A DNA stretch of 64,000 nucleotides, taken from Candidatus Brockarchaeota archaeon (GTDB lineage Archaea; Thermoproteota; EX4484-205; JAAOZP01). The notes below the pieces were generated by a model. The model ran no database searches. It was not told where the DNA came from and saw nothing but the letters and a program-made list of their open reading frames with translations. The DNA lies in assembly GCA_017601395.1 (NCBI GenBank), contig JAFNIQ010000001.1:16542-80541 (forward strand), in the 5' to 3' direction. The translations under genes were made by a program, and so were the position numbers. Position 1 is the first letter of the stretch. Each line of letters opens with the position of its first letter. Shown one piece after another: positions 7,639-16,009 of the stretch.

Positions 7639-10638
7639 ATGGCTAGTCAATTTAAAATGATAGAAGAAAATAAATTTAGAAAACCTGTTTCAATATTCAA
7701 GGGCGCTCCATTCTGGTCGATAAACGACCTGTTAACTGAGGATAAAGTTAGGAGGGAGGTTCAGTCCCTGGGCAGTGCTGGATACGGAGGCGCGTTCTTT
7801 CACGCTAGAGAAGGCCTCGTCACACCGTTCCTAAGCGAGGAATGGTTTAATGCTTTCAGAGTTGCGGTTGAAGAAGCGGAGAAAAACGACATGTTAATCT
7901 GGATTTACGACGAGCTCTGGTGGCCCTCCGGCTTCGCAGGGGGGCTTGTTCCTTTTTTAGGCTCTAAACACAGGGCTAAGGCACTGGTCATGATGGTTGA
8001 CACTAGAAGCTACAAGGGGGAAGACATCATAGCGGGCTTCGAATGTGTTACAGATGGAAACGGGCTTCCGACAGAATTTAAGAGGGTTTTCGAAGAGAAG
8101 GCGGATTCGGAGAAGCTCTATCTGACATTTCTGAGGTACGTGGCGCCAGTCGGGGAGGCCTGGTACAATAGCTCATGCTACGTTGACCTTCTTGATTACG
8201 GGACAGTCAAGCAATTCTTAAACCTGGCCTACAAGCCTTATGTCGACCTTTTTCAGAAGGATATTGGAAGGACTATTCCAGGGGTTTTCACGGATGAGCC
8301 CAACTTCTCGTCAAGCAGGCCGCCCCCTAGGCAAGCCATGCCCCCAAGAGGGCCGAGGATACCGCCCTTCTCAGTGCCCTGGACAGAAGTGCTTCCGGAG
8401 AGGTTTAGGGAGGTCAACGGGTATGATTTAATAGATCATCTTCCGAAGCTTTTCTTCGACGTCGGCGACTATATGAAGGTGCGGTATGACTTCTGGAGAA
8501 CTGTTACTCTTCTTTTCTTAGAGTCTTTCTCGAAACAGGTATACGAGTGGTGCGATAGGAATAATCTGAAGTTTACTGGCCACTATTTAAGCGAGGACGA
8601 CCTTCTTGGTCAAACAATCCGCATAGGTGCAGCGATGCCTCATTATGAGTATCAGCATGTTCCTGGAATAGATCACTTGGGTATGCATGTCTGGAGGAGC
8701 CTGCTAACCGCTAAACAGGTTTCCTCGGCGGCGAACCAGCTTGGAAAAGAAAGGGTTCTATGCGAAGTCTACGGCTGCACCGGAAACTACCCGACTTTCG
8801 AGGACAGGAAGTGGATTGGCGACTGGCTTATAACGATGGGCGTGAACCTGATGTGCCACCACTTGGTTCCCTACTCGATGAGGGGTAGGAGGAAAAGGGA
8901 CTACGGGTTGAACTTCCACTGGGGTCAACCATGGTGGGATTACAACGAGTACATAGAGGATCATTTCTCAAGACTGTGCTACGTGCTTTCCATCGGGAGG
9001 AGGATCGTAAACGTGCTCGTTGTCCATTCGATTGGAAGCGCCTGGGCAAGCTATTCTCCGCTGAACGATTCCACTGTAAGGGTTCTGGACAGTCAGCTTA
9101 AAGGATTGCTAATGTCCCTTCTGAAACTACATGTTGACTTCGACCTTGGCGACGAGATGCTTATGGAGAAACACGCTAGTGTCGAAGGATCTAGGCTTAA
9201 GGTTGGGAATGCTTTCTACGACGTCGTGGTTGTACCGCCTTGTCTAACGCTTGCTGGAAGCACGGTTAGGCTTTTAAAGAAGTTTAAAGACTCAGGGGGA
9301 GAATTAGTGTTCGTTAAACCGCTTCCGAGCCTGGTTGATGGGAAGCCGAGCGTAGAACTGGCGGAGCTCATCAACAGGTGTACAGTTAAAGAGGATTATA
9401 ACACAGGGTCTTTGAGCGACGTTTTGCCGGACCACTGTAAAATTTTGAAAATAGATGGCGATGAAGAGGGTAATCTCCTATACCATTTAAGGAGAGACGA
9501 TTCTGGCGACATGGTTCTGTTCGTTTTTAACGTGAGCAGGGATAAGGCTGTGAACGCTAGAATCGGGCTTCGCGGTTCTTTCAGCATTAAACTGTTAGAT
9601 ACTCTAAGCGGTTTAACATCGGAGTTTGAAGGCTATGTGGAAAACGGTTGGACGTATCTGGAGCATGTTTTCCAACCTGTTTCCTCGCTCCTGCTCGCTT
9701 TCTCGCCTGGAAAGCCGAAGAAAATGTCCGTCAAGCCTAGGAAAACCTTAGAAATCCCACTGTCTTCAGACTGGAGTGTTAAACGGATTGATCCTAACGT
9801 GCTGGTTTTAGATTACTGTAGGTACAGGACGAGTGGTGATTGGAGTGAAAAAATGCCTCTTTGCAAGGCTAGAAAACAGATAGTTGCAGAAGGTGTTGGA
9901 ACAAGGTTTACTTTAAAATTCGATTTCGAGTTGAAAACTACTCCTCTAGGTAAGAGTATTAAGCTGGCCATGGAGACACCCCACTTGTTCAGGATTAGGA
10001 TAAACGGGAAAGACGTTCTCTGGAAGGATGAAGGAAACTGGGTTGACGACTGCCTCAGGGTGATGAGTGTAACCGAATATTTGAGAGAAGGTATGAACGA
10101 GATTGAGCTTGAAGGGCTCGTCGGAATCGAGCCTGAGATGGAGAACATTTTCCTCATCGGCGAGTTCGGGGTTGAGCTTCCCCCTGGGAAAAATCCAGTG
10201 GTTGTCGAGGAGCTTGCTCGGGTTGAGACTAGGGATCTGGCTAAACAGGGCTACCCGTTTTACGTCGGCTCCTTCGAACTGTGCAACGAGTTTCGATATG
10301 GTGAAGACCCTGGCAGTAAGACGGTCGTCCTGAGGCTGGATGGCTTAAAGGCTGCGCTCGCCGTAGTCTATATTAACGGTCAGGAGGCTGGCAAGGTCTT
10401 CATGCGTCCTTTCACTCTTGACGTGACAAGGCTTGTTAGAAAGGGGTTGAACGAGCTTAAAGTGAAGATCGTTGGGACGCTGAGAAATGCTTTCGGACCG
10501 CTGCACTACGTGGGAGGAGACCCGCTATACATAGGCCCGGAGACTTTCGAGGATGAGAGACACTGGACTGATGAGTACGTTTTAAAACCGTTTGGGCTGG
10601 AGAAAGCGGAAATCATTATTTACGAGAAAAGCCTTTAG
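7639..10638 (+). CDS. Large putative glycoside hydrolase (999 aa). The N-terminal catalytic-type domain resembles GH106-like alpha-L-rhamnosidase-family proteins. The C-terminal region resembles a GH2-type sugar-binding jelly roll.
   Basis: N-terminal KGAPFWSINDLLTEDKVRREVQSLGSAGYGGAFFHAREGL…EEWF block. C-terminal …LRLDGLKAALAVVYINGQEAGKV… beta-sandwich-like region. No signal peptide. The family assignment is from memory only. Confidence 0.5.
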   Translation: MASQFKMIEENKFRKPVSIFKGAPFWSINDLLTEDKVRREVQSLGSAGYGGAFFHAREGLVTPFLSEEWFNAFRVAVEEAEKNDMLIWIYDELWWPSGFAGGLVPFLGSKHRAKALVMMVDTRSYKGEDIIAGFECVTDGNGLPTEFKRVFEEKADSEKLYLTFLRYVAPVGEAWYNSSCYVDLLDYGTVKQFLNLAYKPYVDLFQKDIGRTIPGVFTDEPNFSSSRPPPRQAMPPRGPRIPPFSVPWTEVLPERFREVNGYDLIDHLPKLFFDVGDYMKVRYDFWRTVTLLFLESFSKQVYEWCDRNNLKFTGHYLSEDDLLGQTIRIGAAMPHYEYQHVPGIDHLGMHVWRSLLTAKQVSSAANQLGKERVLCEVYGCTGNYPTFEDRKWIGDWLITMGVNLMCHHLVPYSMRGRRKRDYGLNFHWGQPWWDYNEYIEDHFSRLCYVLSIGRRIVNVLVVHSIGSAWASYSPLNDSTVRVLDSQLKGLLMSLLKLHVDFDLGDEMLMEKHASVEGSRLKVGNAFYDVVVVPPCLTLAGSTVRLLKKFKDSGGELVFVKPLPSLVDGKPSVELAELINRCTVKEDYNTGSLSDVLPDHCKILKIDGDEEGNLLYHLRRDDSGDMVLFVFNVSRDKAVNARIGLRGSFSIKLLDTLSGLTSEFEGYVENGWTYLEHVFQPVSSLLLAFSPGKPKKMSVKPRKTLEIPLSSDWSVKRIDPNVLVLDYCRYRTSGDWSEKMPLCKARKQIVAEGVGTRFTLKFDFELKTTPLGKSIKLAMETPHLFRIRINGKDVLWKDEGNWVDDCLRVMSVTEYLREGMNEIELEGLVGIEPEMENIFLIGEFGVELPPGKNPVVVEELARVETRDLAKQGYPFYVGSFELCNEFRYGEDPGSKTVVLRLDGLKAALAVVYINGQEAGKVFMRPFTLDVTRLVRKGLNELKVKIVGTLRNAFGPLHYVGGDPLYIGPETFEDERHWTDEYVLKPFGLEKAEIIIYEKSL

Positions 10639-10743
10639 CAAAACATCTTTCACACCGTTTTCATATTTCTGCTAACTTTTTTTAACGCGATTCAAATGGA
10701 AGGTTTAAAAGCCTCTTTAAAAGCCTCCGTTCGGTAAAAACGG

Positions 10744-11538
10744 TTGCTGAAAATAATTGTTCTCATAAAACAGGTTCCGGATATCGAGAGGGTAAGGTTC
10801 GACGTGGAAACAGGGAGAATAGATAGGAGTTCAGCGCCGGCAGAGATAAACCCGTTCGACCTGAACGCTCTCGAGGCGGCTGTACAGATTAAGGAGAAGG
10901 TGGGAGGTTTCATCACTGCCTTAAGCATGGGTCCGATGCAGGCCCTAAGCTCTCTGAGGGACGCTATGGCTAGGGGCGCTGACGACGCGATCCTTCTTGA
11001 GGACAGGAGGTTCGCCGGAGCCGATACTTTGGCTACTTCCAACACTCTCGCTGCTGCAATTAGAAAGATCGGGCCCTACGATATTATTCTCTGCGGAGAG
11101 AAGACTGTCGACGGCGACACCGGGCAGGTTGGCGCAGAGGTTGCCCAGCTTCTTGAAATCCCTCATGTCTACTATGTTTCGAGGATTGTTAACGTTTCTG
11201 GAAACTCTATTACCGTCGTCTCCGAGACGGAGGATGCTTCCTACGTTTTGGAAACGGGTTTCCCGGTTCTAGTCAGCGTCACGAGGGATGTCAACAAGCC
11301 TAGGCTGCCAACATTGAAGAGCAAGATGAAGGCGATGAAAAGCGAGGTTAAAATATGGCATGCTGAGGACTTGAGCGGTTTTCTAGACCTGGATAAGGCT
11401 GGTTACGCCGGCTCTCCTACATGGGTTCACAAGGTTGTTGTTCAAAGGGAGAAAACCAGACAGGTTAGGATATACAGGCAGGTTGAAGACGGGATTCAAG
11501 AGTTGATGCGCCTCTTAGAGTCTAAAGGGTTGATTTAA
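10744..11538 (+). CDS. etfB: Electron transfer flavoprotein beta subunit
   Basis: The N-terminus MLKIIVLIKQVPD… is canonical for EtfB. Length 264 aa. It is immediately followed by etfA. Confidence 0.85.
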   Translation: MLKIIVLIKQVPDIERVRFDVETGRIDRSSAPAEINPFDLNALEAAVQIKEKVGGFITALSMGPMQALSSLRDAMARGADDAILLEDRRFAGADTLATSNTLAAAIRKIGPYDIILCGEKTVDGDTGQVGAEVAQLLEIPHVYYVSRIVNVSGNSITVVSETEDASYVLETGFPVLVSVTRDVNKPRLPTLKSKMKAMKSEVKIWHAEDLSGFLDLDKAGYAGSPTWVHKVVVQREKTRQVRIYRQVEDGIQELMRLLESKGLI

Positions 11539-11540
11539 AA

Positions 11541-12545
11541 ATGGAGGGTAAAGGCTCAGGTGGAAAAGTACTCGTTGTCGCGGAGCTCAGGGGGGAGGCA
11601 ATACACCCTGTTACTTTCGAGCTTCTCGGAAAAGGCAGGGAGATAGTGGAGCATACTGGTGGAGAACTCTGGAGTGTGGTTTTCGGCAGCAACGTGGATA
11701 AGGCTAAGGCTTCAGAGCTAATATATTACGGTGCAGACCGGGTTTTCCTCTTCAACGACCCTGTTTTTTCCAGTTTAAACACGATGGTTTACGCACACAA
11801 TCTCACTAGGCTTTGTAGGGAGGAGAAGCCGGACATAATCCTGATAGGGGCAACATGCTTCGGAAGGTCTCTGGGCCCAAGGGTTGCGGCAGCGAGAGAA
11901 ACAGGTTTAACAGCAGACTGCATAGATTTAAGGATTGACGAGAACGGTGAGCTGATACAGATCAGGCCAGCATTCGTGGGAAACATCTTAGCGTACATTA
12001 AGACTAAGACTAAGCCCGTGATGTCTACTGTGCGGTACAAGGTTATGAGGGCTAGGGAGAAGGATAAGAGTAGAAGCGGCCTGATTATCGAAAAAACGGC
12101 TGAGAAATCTTTCCAAGACAGGATCAGGCTTGTTGGGGAGGCAATACCAAAGAAGCTTAACATAGCGGATGCTGAAATCATAGTTGCAGGCGGCAGGGGA
12201 CTGGGGTCGGCGGAAGGATTCAGGCTACTGGGGGAGCTTGCCAGCCTGCTTGGAGGAGTTGTGGGCTCAAGCAGGCCGCCTGTGGACGACGGGTGGATAA
12301 GGAAGGAGCATCAAGTCGGCTATAGCGGGAGCATAGTTAAGCCTAGGCTGTATATTGCTTGCGGAATCTCCGGCTCGCCGCAACACCTGTTCGGCATGAA
12401 GGATGCTGAAACCATCATAGCCATTAACAGCGACCCTTCGGCACCCATATTCAGGGTTGCTGACTACGGTATTGTGGGAGACCTTTATCAGATCATACCA
12501 CTTATGGTAAAAGAGATAAAAGCCAGGAGGAGCGGCTTAGGTTGA
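11541..12545 (+). CDS. etfA: Electron transfer flavoprotein alpha subunit (no N-terminal ferredoxin domain)
   Basis: C-terminal FAD-binding block …GGRGLGSAEGF…VVGSSRPPVDDGW…QVGYSGSIVKP…YIACGISGSPQH…. Length 334 aa. A 2-nt gap separates it from etfB. Confidence 0.85.
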   Translation: MEGKGSGGKVLVVAELRGEAIHPVTFELLGKGREIVEHTGGELWSVVFGSNVDKAKASELIYYGADRVFLFNDPVFSSLNTMVYAHNLTRLCREEKPDIILIGATCFGRSLGPRVAAARETGLTADCIDLRIDENGELIQIRPAFVGNILAYIKTKTKPVMSTVRYKVMRAREKDKSRSGLIIEKTAEKSFQDRIRLVGEAIPKKLNIADAEIIVAGGRGLGSAEGFRLLGELASLLGGVVGSSRPPVDDGWIRKEHQVGYSGSIVKPRLYIACGISGSPQHLFGMKDAETIIAINSDPSAPIFRVADYGIVGDLYQIIPLMVKEIKARRSGLG

Positions 12546-13906
12546 TGGAGGGTTTAGCGGAGCAACTTGAGGAAATCGTAGGCAGGGAGGCGGTGGTAAG
12601 CGGTAAAGACAAGATTGAGAGCTACTTGTCCGATGAAACGTGCTTTCCGGTGAGACCGTCTGCCGTATCAGACTGCATACTGGTTAAGCCTGCTAACAGC
12701 ACCGAGGTTTCAAGGATCCTTAGGCTGGCTAACGAAAAAAGGATTCCAGTATACCCTAGGGGAGGAGGGACAGGCCTTGTGGGAGGGGCTGTGCCGACTA
12801 GAAGCGGGATAATCGTTTCCCTGGAGAGGATGAATCGGATTGAAGTGGACGGAGAAAACCTGATGGCTGTCGCAGAAGCCGGGGCAACGCTGGGGGAGCT
12901 CCTGAAGGCTGCTGAGGAAGCAGGCCTCTCTTTCCCGCCGCATCCCGGGGACGAGGGTGCTCAGATAGGCGGCCTCGTAGCCTGCAACGCTGGCGGGGCT
13001 AGGGCTGTTAAGCATGGTGTTATGAGGAGCTTCGTAAAGGGCTTGGAGGTTGTACTGCCCACTGGGGAAATCGTAACTTTCGGCGGTAGGCTTCTGAAAG
13101 ACAACATGGGCTACAGCTTGATGCACTTGATCATAGGAAGCGAGGGCACACTTGGAATTATAACTAGGGTTGTTTTAAGGCTTAACCCTAAAGCGCCATA
13201 CTCCTTCACCCTGCTGCTTCCTTTCAACTCGAGGCATGACGCGCTTAATACTGTCCCGAGAATACTGCGCTCTGGGGTGACTCCCCTTGCTCTAGAGTAT
13301 GTCGAGAAGGAGTTGATGGAGCTGTCTGCTGAACACTTGGGCGAGAAATGGGTTTTCGAGGGAAAAGTCTTTCTCATAGCAATACTGGCGGGGGAGGAGA
13401 ACGTTGTCTACTCTGAGGCTGAAAAGCTTTCCCAGCTATGCGTTGAGAACAACGGGCTTGAGCCTTCAGTTGCAGAGAGAAGGGACGAGCAGGAATCCAT
13501 TTTGAGAATAAGAAGCAATATTTACACTGCTCTTAAACGCGACTCCATGGATATTCTTGACACGACGGTTCCACCATCTGCGATTGGAAAGCTGGCGGAC
13601 GCTATCGACACTATTGCCGAGAAATATGGCGCGCACATTCCTGTTTACGGTCATGCTGCAGATGGAAATGTTCACTCTCACATAATGAAGAAGGATGCTG
13701 AGAAATACGAGTTGATTAAGAGAGAAATATATGAGACTACGATAGGCCTTGGAGGAACCATCAGCGGTGAACACGGTGTTGGGAAAATCCGGGTGAAGGA
13801 GCTTTACCGGTTCACGCATCCGAAGAAAATCGAGCTTATGAAGGGGGTTAAAAGGCTTTTCGACCCGAATAATATTCTAAATCCTTCCACGGTGCTAGAG
13901 GTTTAG
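12545..13906 (+). CDS. FAD-binding oxidase (GlcD / D-lactate dehydrogenase-like, FAD_binding_4 plus FAD-oxidase C-terminal domain)
   Basis: RIPVYPRGGGTGLVGGAVP FAD-binding motif. C-terminal HAADGNVH…GGTISGEHGVG block. The ATG at 12545 overlaps the etfA TGA (TGATG). The ORF track begins 3 nt earlier at a TTG. Confidence 0.8.
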   Translation: MEGLAEQLEEIVGREAVVSGKDKIESYLSDETCFPVRPSAVSDCILVKPANSTEVSRILRLANEKRIPVYPRGGGTGLVGGAVPTRSGIIVSLERMNRIEVDGENLMAVAEAGATLGELLKAAEEAGLSFPPHPGDEGAQIGGLVACNAGGARAVKHGVMRSFVKGLEVVLPTGEIVTFGGRLLKDNMGYSLMHLIIGSEGTLGIITRVVLRLNPKAPYSFTLLLPFNSRHDALNTVPRILRSGVTPLALEYVEKELMELSAEHLGEKWVFEGKVFLIAILAGEENVVYSEAEKLSQLCVENNGLEPSVAERRDEQESILRIRSNIYTALKRDSMDILDTTVPPSAIGKLADAIDTIAEKYGAHIPVYGHAADGNVHSHIMKKDAEKYELIKREIYETTIGLGGTISGEHGVGKIRVKELYRFTHPKKIELMKGVKRLFDPNNILNPSTVLEV

Positions 13907-14051
13907 GAATTAACGGGTGAAAAACAGTAAACATAAGAGTTAAACCTTCCGTGAAGGATGTGGTATCCCTATAAGATGCAAGTCTTTATATACTGCCGGT
14001 TTGTCAGAGAAGGATTTGAAATGATAAAAACTGTTTGGTGCGTCACATTCT

Positions 14052-14309
14052 ATGTTTCCGAAACTTGAAGAGTGTAAACATGTTGCTTCAAAATCGCCGT
14101 CAGTGGAGTTTCTTGTTGAAAACGTGGAAAGGTTTTATGAGGAGTTAAAAGGTAAGGGTGTAAAGTTTATTAGGGAGTTGCATGAGGAGCCGTGGGGAGG
14201 GAAGCAAGCGACTTTTACAGACCCTGATGGAAACATTTTAGAGATAGTGCAGATCGATTGGGAGAAATACTTTAACGTATCTGCCCAAGGAGCGAAAAAG
14301 AGGGCATAA
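14052..14309 (+). CDS. VOC-family (glyoxalase/bleomycin-resistance-like) domain protein, single C-terminal module only; probably truncated or frameshifted
   Basis: The 85-aa ORF ends …WGGKQATFTDPDGNILEIVQ, typical of VOC C-terminal strands. A 16-codon ORF in another frame (14021-14068, MIKTVWCVTFYVSET*) resembles a VOC N-terminal strand. Confidence 0.45.
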   Translation: MFPKLEECKHVASKSPSVEFLVENVERFYEELKGKGVKFIRELHEEPWGGKQATFTDPDGNILEIVQIDWEKYFNVSAQGAKKRA

Positions 14310-14399
14310 GTATTAGCGTGTGCTACTATGAAGGCATGTAAAACCTCTCAGGGCCTTCCATAATGGATCTGTAACGCTACCCGCCCTAAAACAATACCG

Positions 14400-15539
14400 C
14401 TACGCCTCGAACAAGATTCCTCCTATGAGGGTCATTCGAACCCTGAAGTCTTCACCTATTACAACCATGTCAGCATCCTTCCCCTCTTCTATGCTTCCTT
14501 TACACTCTTCAACACCGAGCAATCTAGCCGGGTTATACGAGGCCACTTTGGCTACTGAGCTTAAAGGAACACCTGTAAACTTGGCGAAGCGTCTAGCCAG
14601 CTCGCTCATGCCTGCTGATGTTCCGATCAAAGTGCCGTCCACGTATCTCGCCGTCCCGTTTGAAGAGATGAATTCAATGCCATTGTAAACATACTTGCCG
14701 TCAGGTAAACCCGTTGACCTCACCCCGTCTGTTATCAATACGATTCGATCTTCACCTAAAATCCTCGTTGCGAATCTTACCATGGATGGGTGAATGTGAA
14801 CACCGTCGGATATTATCTGCACGGTCACATCCTTAGACTCGAATATGGCTATCGCCGGTCCTGGAGCCCTATGGTGAATAGGCGGCATAGTGTTGAAGAA
14901 ATGAGTAACATGCTTAACGCCAATTCTTATGGCTTTCAGGGTCTGCTCATAGTCTGCTGAAGAATGGCCGAAGGATACTATCACCCTGTTTTCAAGCAGA
15001 AGGCTTATAACCTGCTCCGAGCCCTCAAGCTCCGGAGCCAGAGTCATCATCTTCAGCCAGCCCTTACACTTATCCATTATCTCAGACAAGACTTTAACCG
15101 AAGGCTCGCAGACCGAGGATTCTTGGATCATTCCTCTTTTCTCCCTGGAGATGAACGGGCCTTCCAAATGGAATCCTAGAAACCTAGCTCCGTTTAAGCC
15201 CTTCGAGAACCCGTTCAACGCAGCCTCTAAATGCTTGTTTTCAAAACCCGGCTTATAGACGGTGGTTGCAAGAAAACCTGTGACTCCAAACTTGACGCAT
15301 GTTTCAGATATAGTGCTAACTGCTTCCTCATCCTCGTCGAGAATGTCAGCTCCTCCTGCACCCTGTATGTGAACATCTATAAAGCCTGGGAACAAAAAGT
15401 CACCTTCCAGATCAATACTCTCGCCCTCCATGTAGCCGTAGAGTGGTTTACCGATCTTCCTTATCCTCCCACGGTCGATTAGAACGTCTCCAAACGTTTC
15501 CCCCCAAGGGTTAACTATCCTCGCGTTTTTAATCAGCAT
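14400..15539 (-). CDS. nagA: N-acetylglucosamine-6-phosphate deacetylase (amidohydrolase superfamily)
   Basis: GFIDVHIQGAGGAD metal-binding motif plus downstream conserved His/Asp positions. Length 379 aa. Confidence 0.8.
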   Translation of the reverse strand: MLIKNARIVNPWGETFGDVLIDRGRIRKIGKPLYGYMEGESIDLEGDFLFPGFIDVHIQGAGGADILDEDEEAVSTISETCVKFGVTGFLATTVYKPGFENKHLEAALNGFSKGLNGARFLGFHLEGPFISREKRGMIQESSVCEPSVKVLSEIMDKCKGWLKMMTLAPELEGSEQVISLLLENRVIVSFGHSSADYEQTLKAIRIGVKHVTHFFNTMPPIHHRAPGPAIAIFESKDVTVQIISDGVHIHPSMVRFATRILGEDRIVLITDGVRSTGLPDGKYVYNGIEFISSNGTARYVDGTLIGTSAGMSELARRFAKFTGVPLSSVAKVASYNPARLLGVEECKGSIEEGKDADMVVIGEDFRVRMTLIGGILFEA

Positions 15540-15811
15540 TCAACACTGGTTTAAGCCCATTGAGCTATTAAATCTTCCTCCTTTGGAAACAACAGGTCTC
15601 TAAAAACCGAACAGACTTTTTGAAATCGAGCACTTCCACCTCAATCTCCTGCCTCGTGTTTTTAAACCTCATCCAGTAATTGTAACCGCCTTGAAGCTCA
15701 AGATTCCCAACTGTTTTCAACCTGTTTTCCAAAAGCCTTCCGTAGGGTTTAAGCCCCATTTTTCATCCTCACAAACATGTATTTTTCATCGTCAATGTTC
15801 TTATGATTATT

Positions 15812-15827
15812 AAAAAAATTTATATTT
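15812..15827 (+). promoter_or_regulatory. Putative archaeal BRE/TATA element (aaaaaaatttatattt) about 27-30 nt upstream of the small ORF start at 15854
   Basis: Purine-rich run followed by TTTATATT. The spacing to the ATG is consistent with a leaderless or very short-leader transcript. Confidence 0.35.
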
Positions 15828-15853
15828 GAGCTCAAACATAAAATAAATCCGAA

Positions 15854-16009
15854 ATGAAATTCGTACCTCTCCAAAAAGGAAGTACACCAGAGCCTGGTAC
15901 AAGGCCGCTCACATGTTGTGGTAGTAATTTCCATTTTGGAACGTATTGCACGCCAGTAAAGGGGCCGACCCAGATTATCAGCGATATTAAGGCGCTTAGG
16001 GAAGACTAA
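15854..16009 (+). CDS. Unannotated 51-aa small ORF, candidate RiPP precursor peptide (MKFVPLQKGSTPEPGTRPLTCCGSNFHFGTYCTPVKGPTQIISDIKALRED)
   Basis: ATG at 15854. The TAA at 16007-16009 overlaps the ATG (16009-16011) of the radical SAM/SPASM gene as TAATG. Three Cys sit in a Gly/Thr/Ser-rich stretch. A TATA-like box lies upstream. The ORF is below the length cutoff of the ORF track. Confidence 0.4.
   Translation: MKFVPLQKGSTPEPGTRPLTCCGSNFHFGTYCTPVKGPTQIISDIKALRED

Noticed and set aside
15568-15759. 63-aa minus-strand ORF between nagA and the AT-rich spacer
   Set aside because: It carries no recognisable motif and could be a chance ORF in the nagA promoter region. I left it unannotated rather than assert a gene.
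15749-15934. 61-aa minus-strand ORF overlapping the candidate precursor-peptide ORF
   Set aside because: It is an AT-rich low-complexity translation (…NINFFNNHKNIDDEKYMF…). It would run into the promoter-like region and has no coupling to any neighbouring gene. The plus-strand ORF is translationally coupled to the rSAM gene. I could not fully exclude it.
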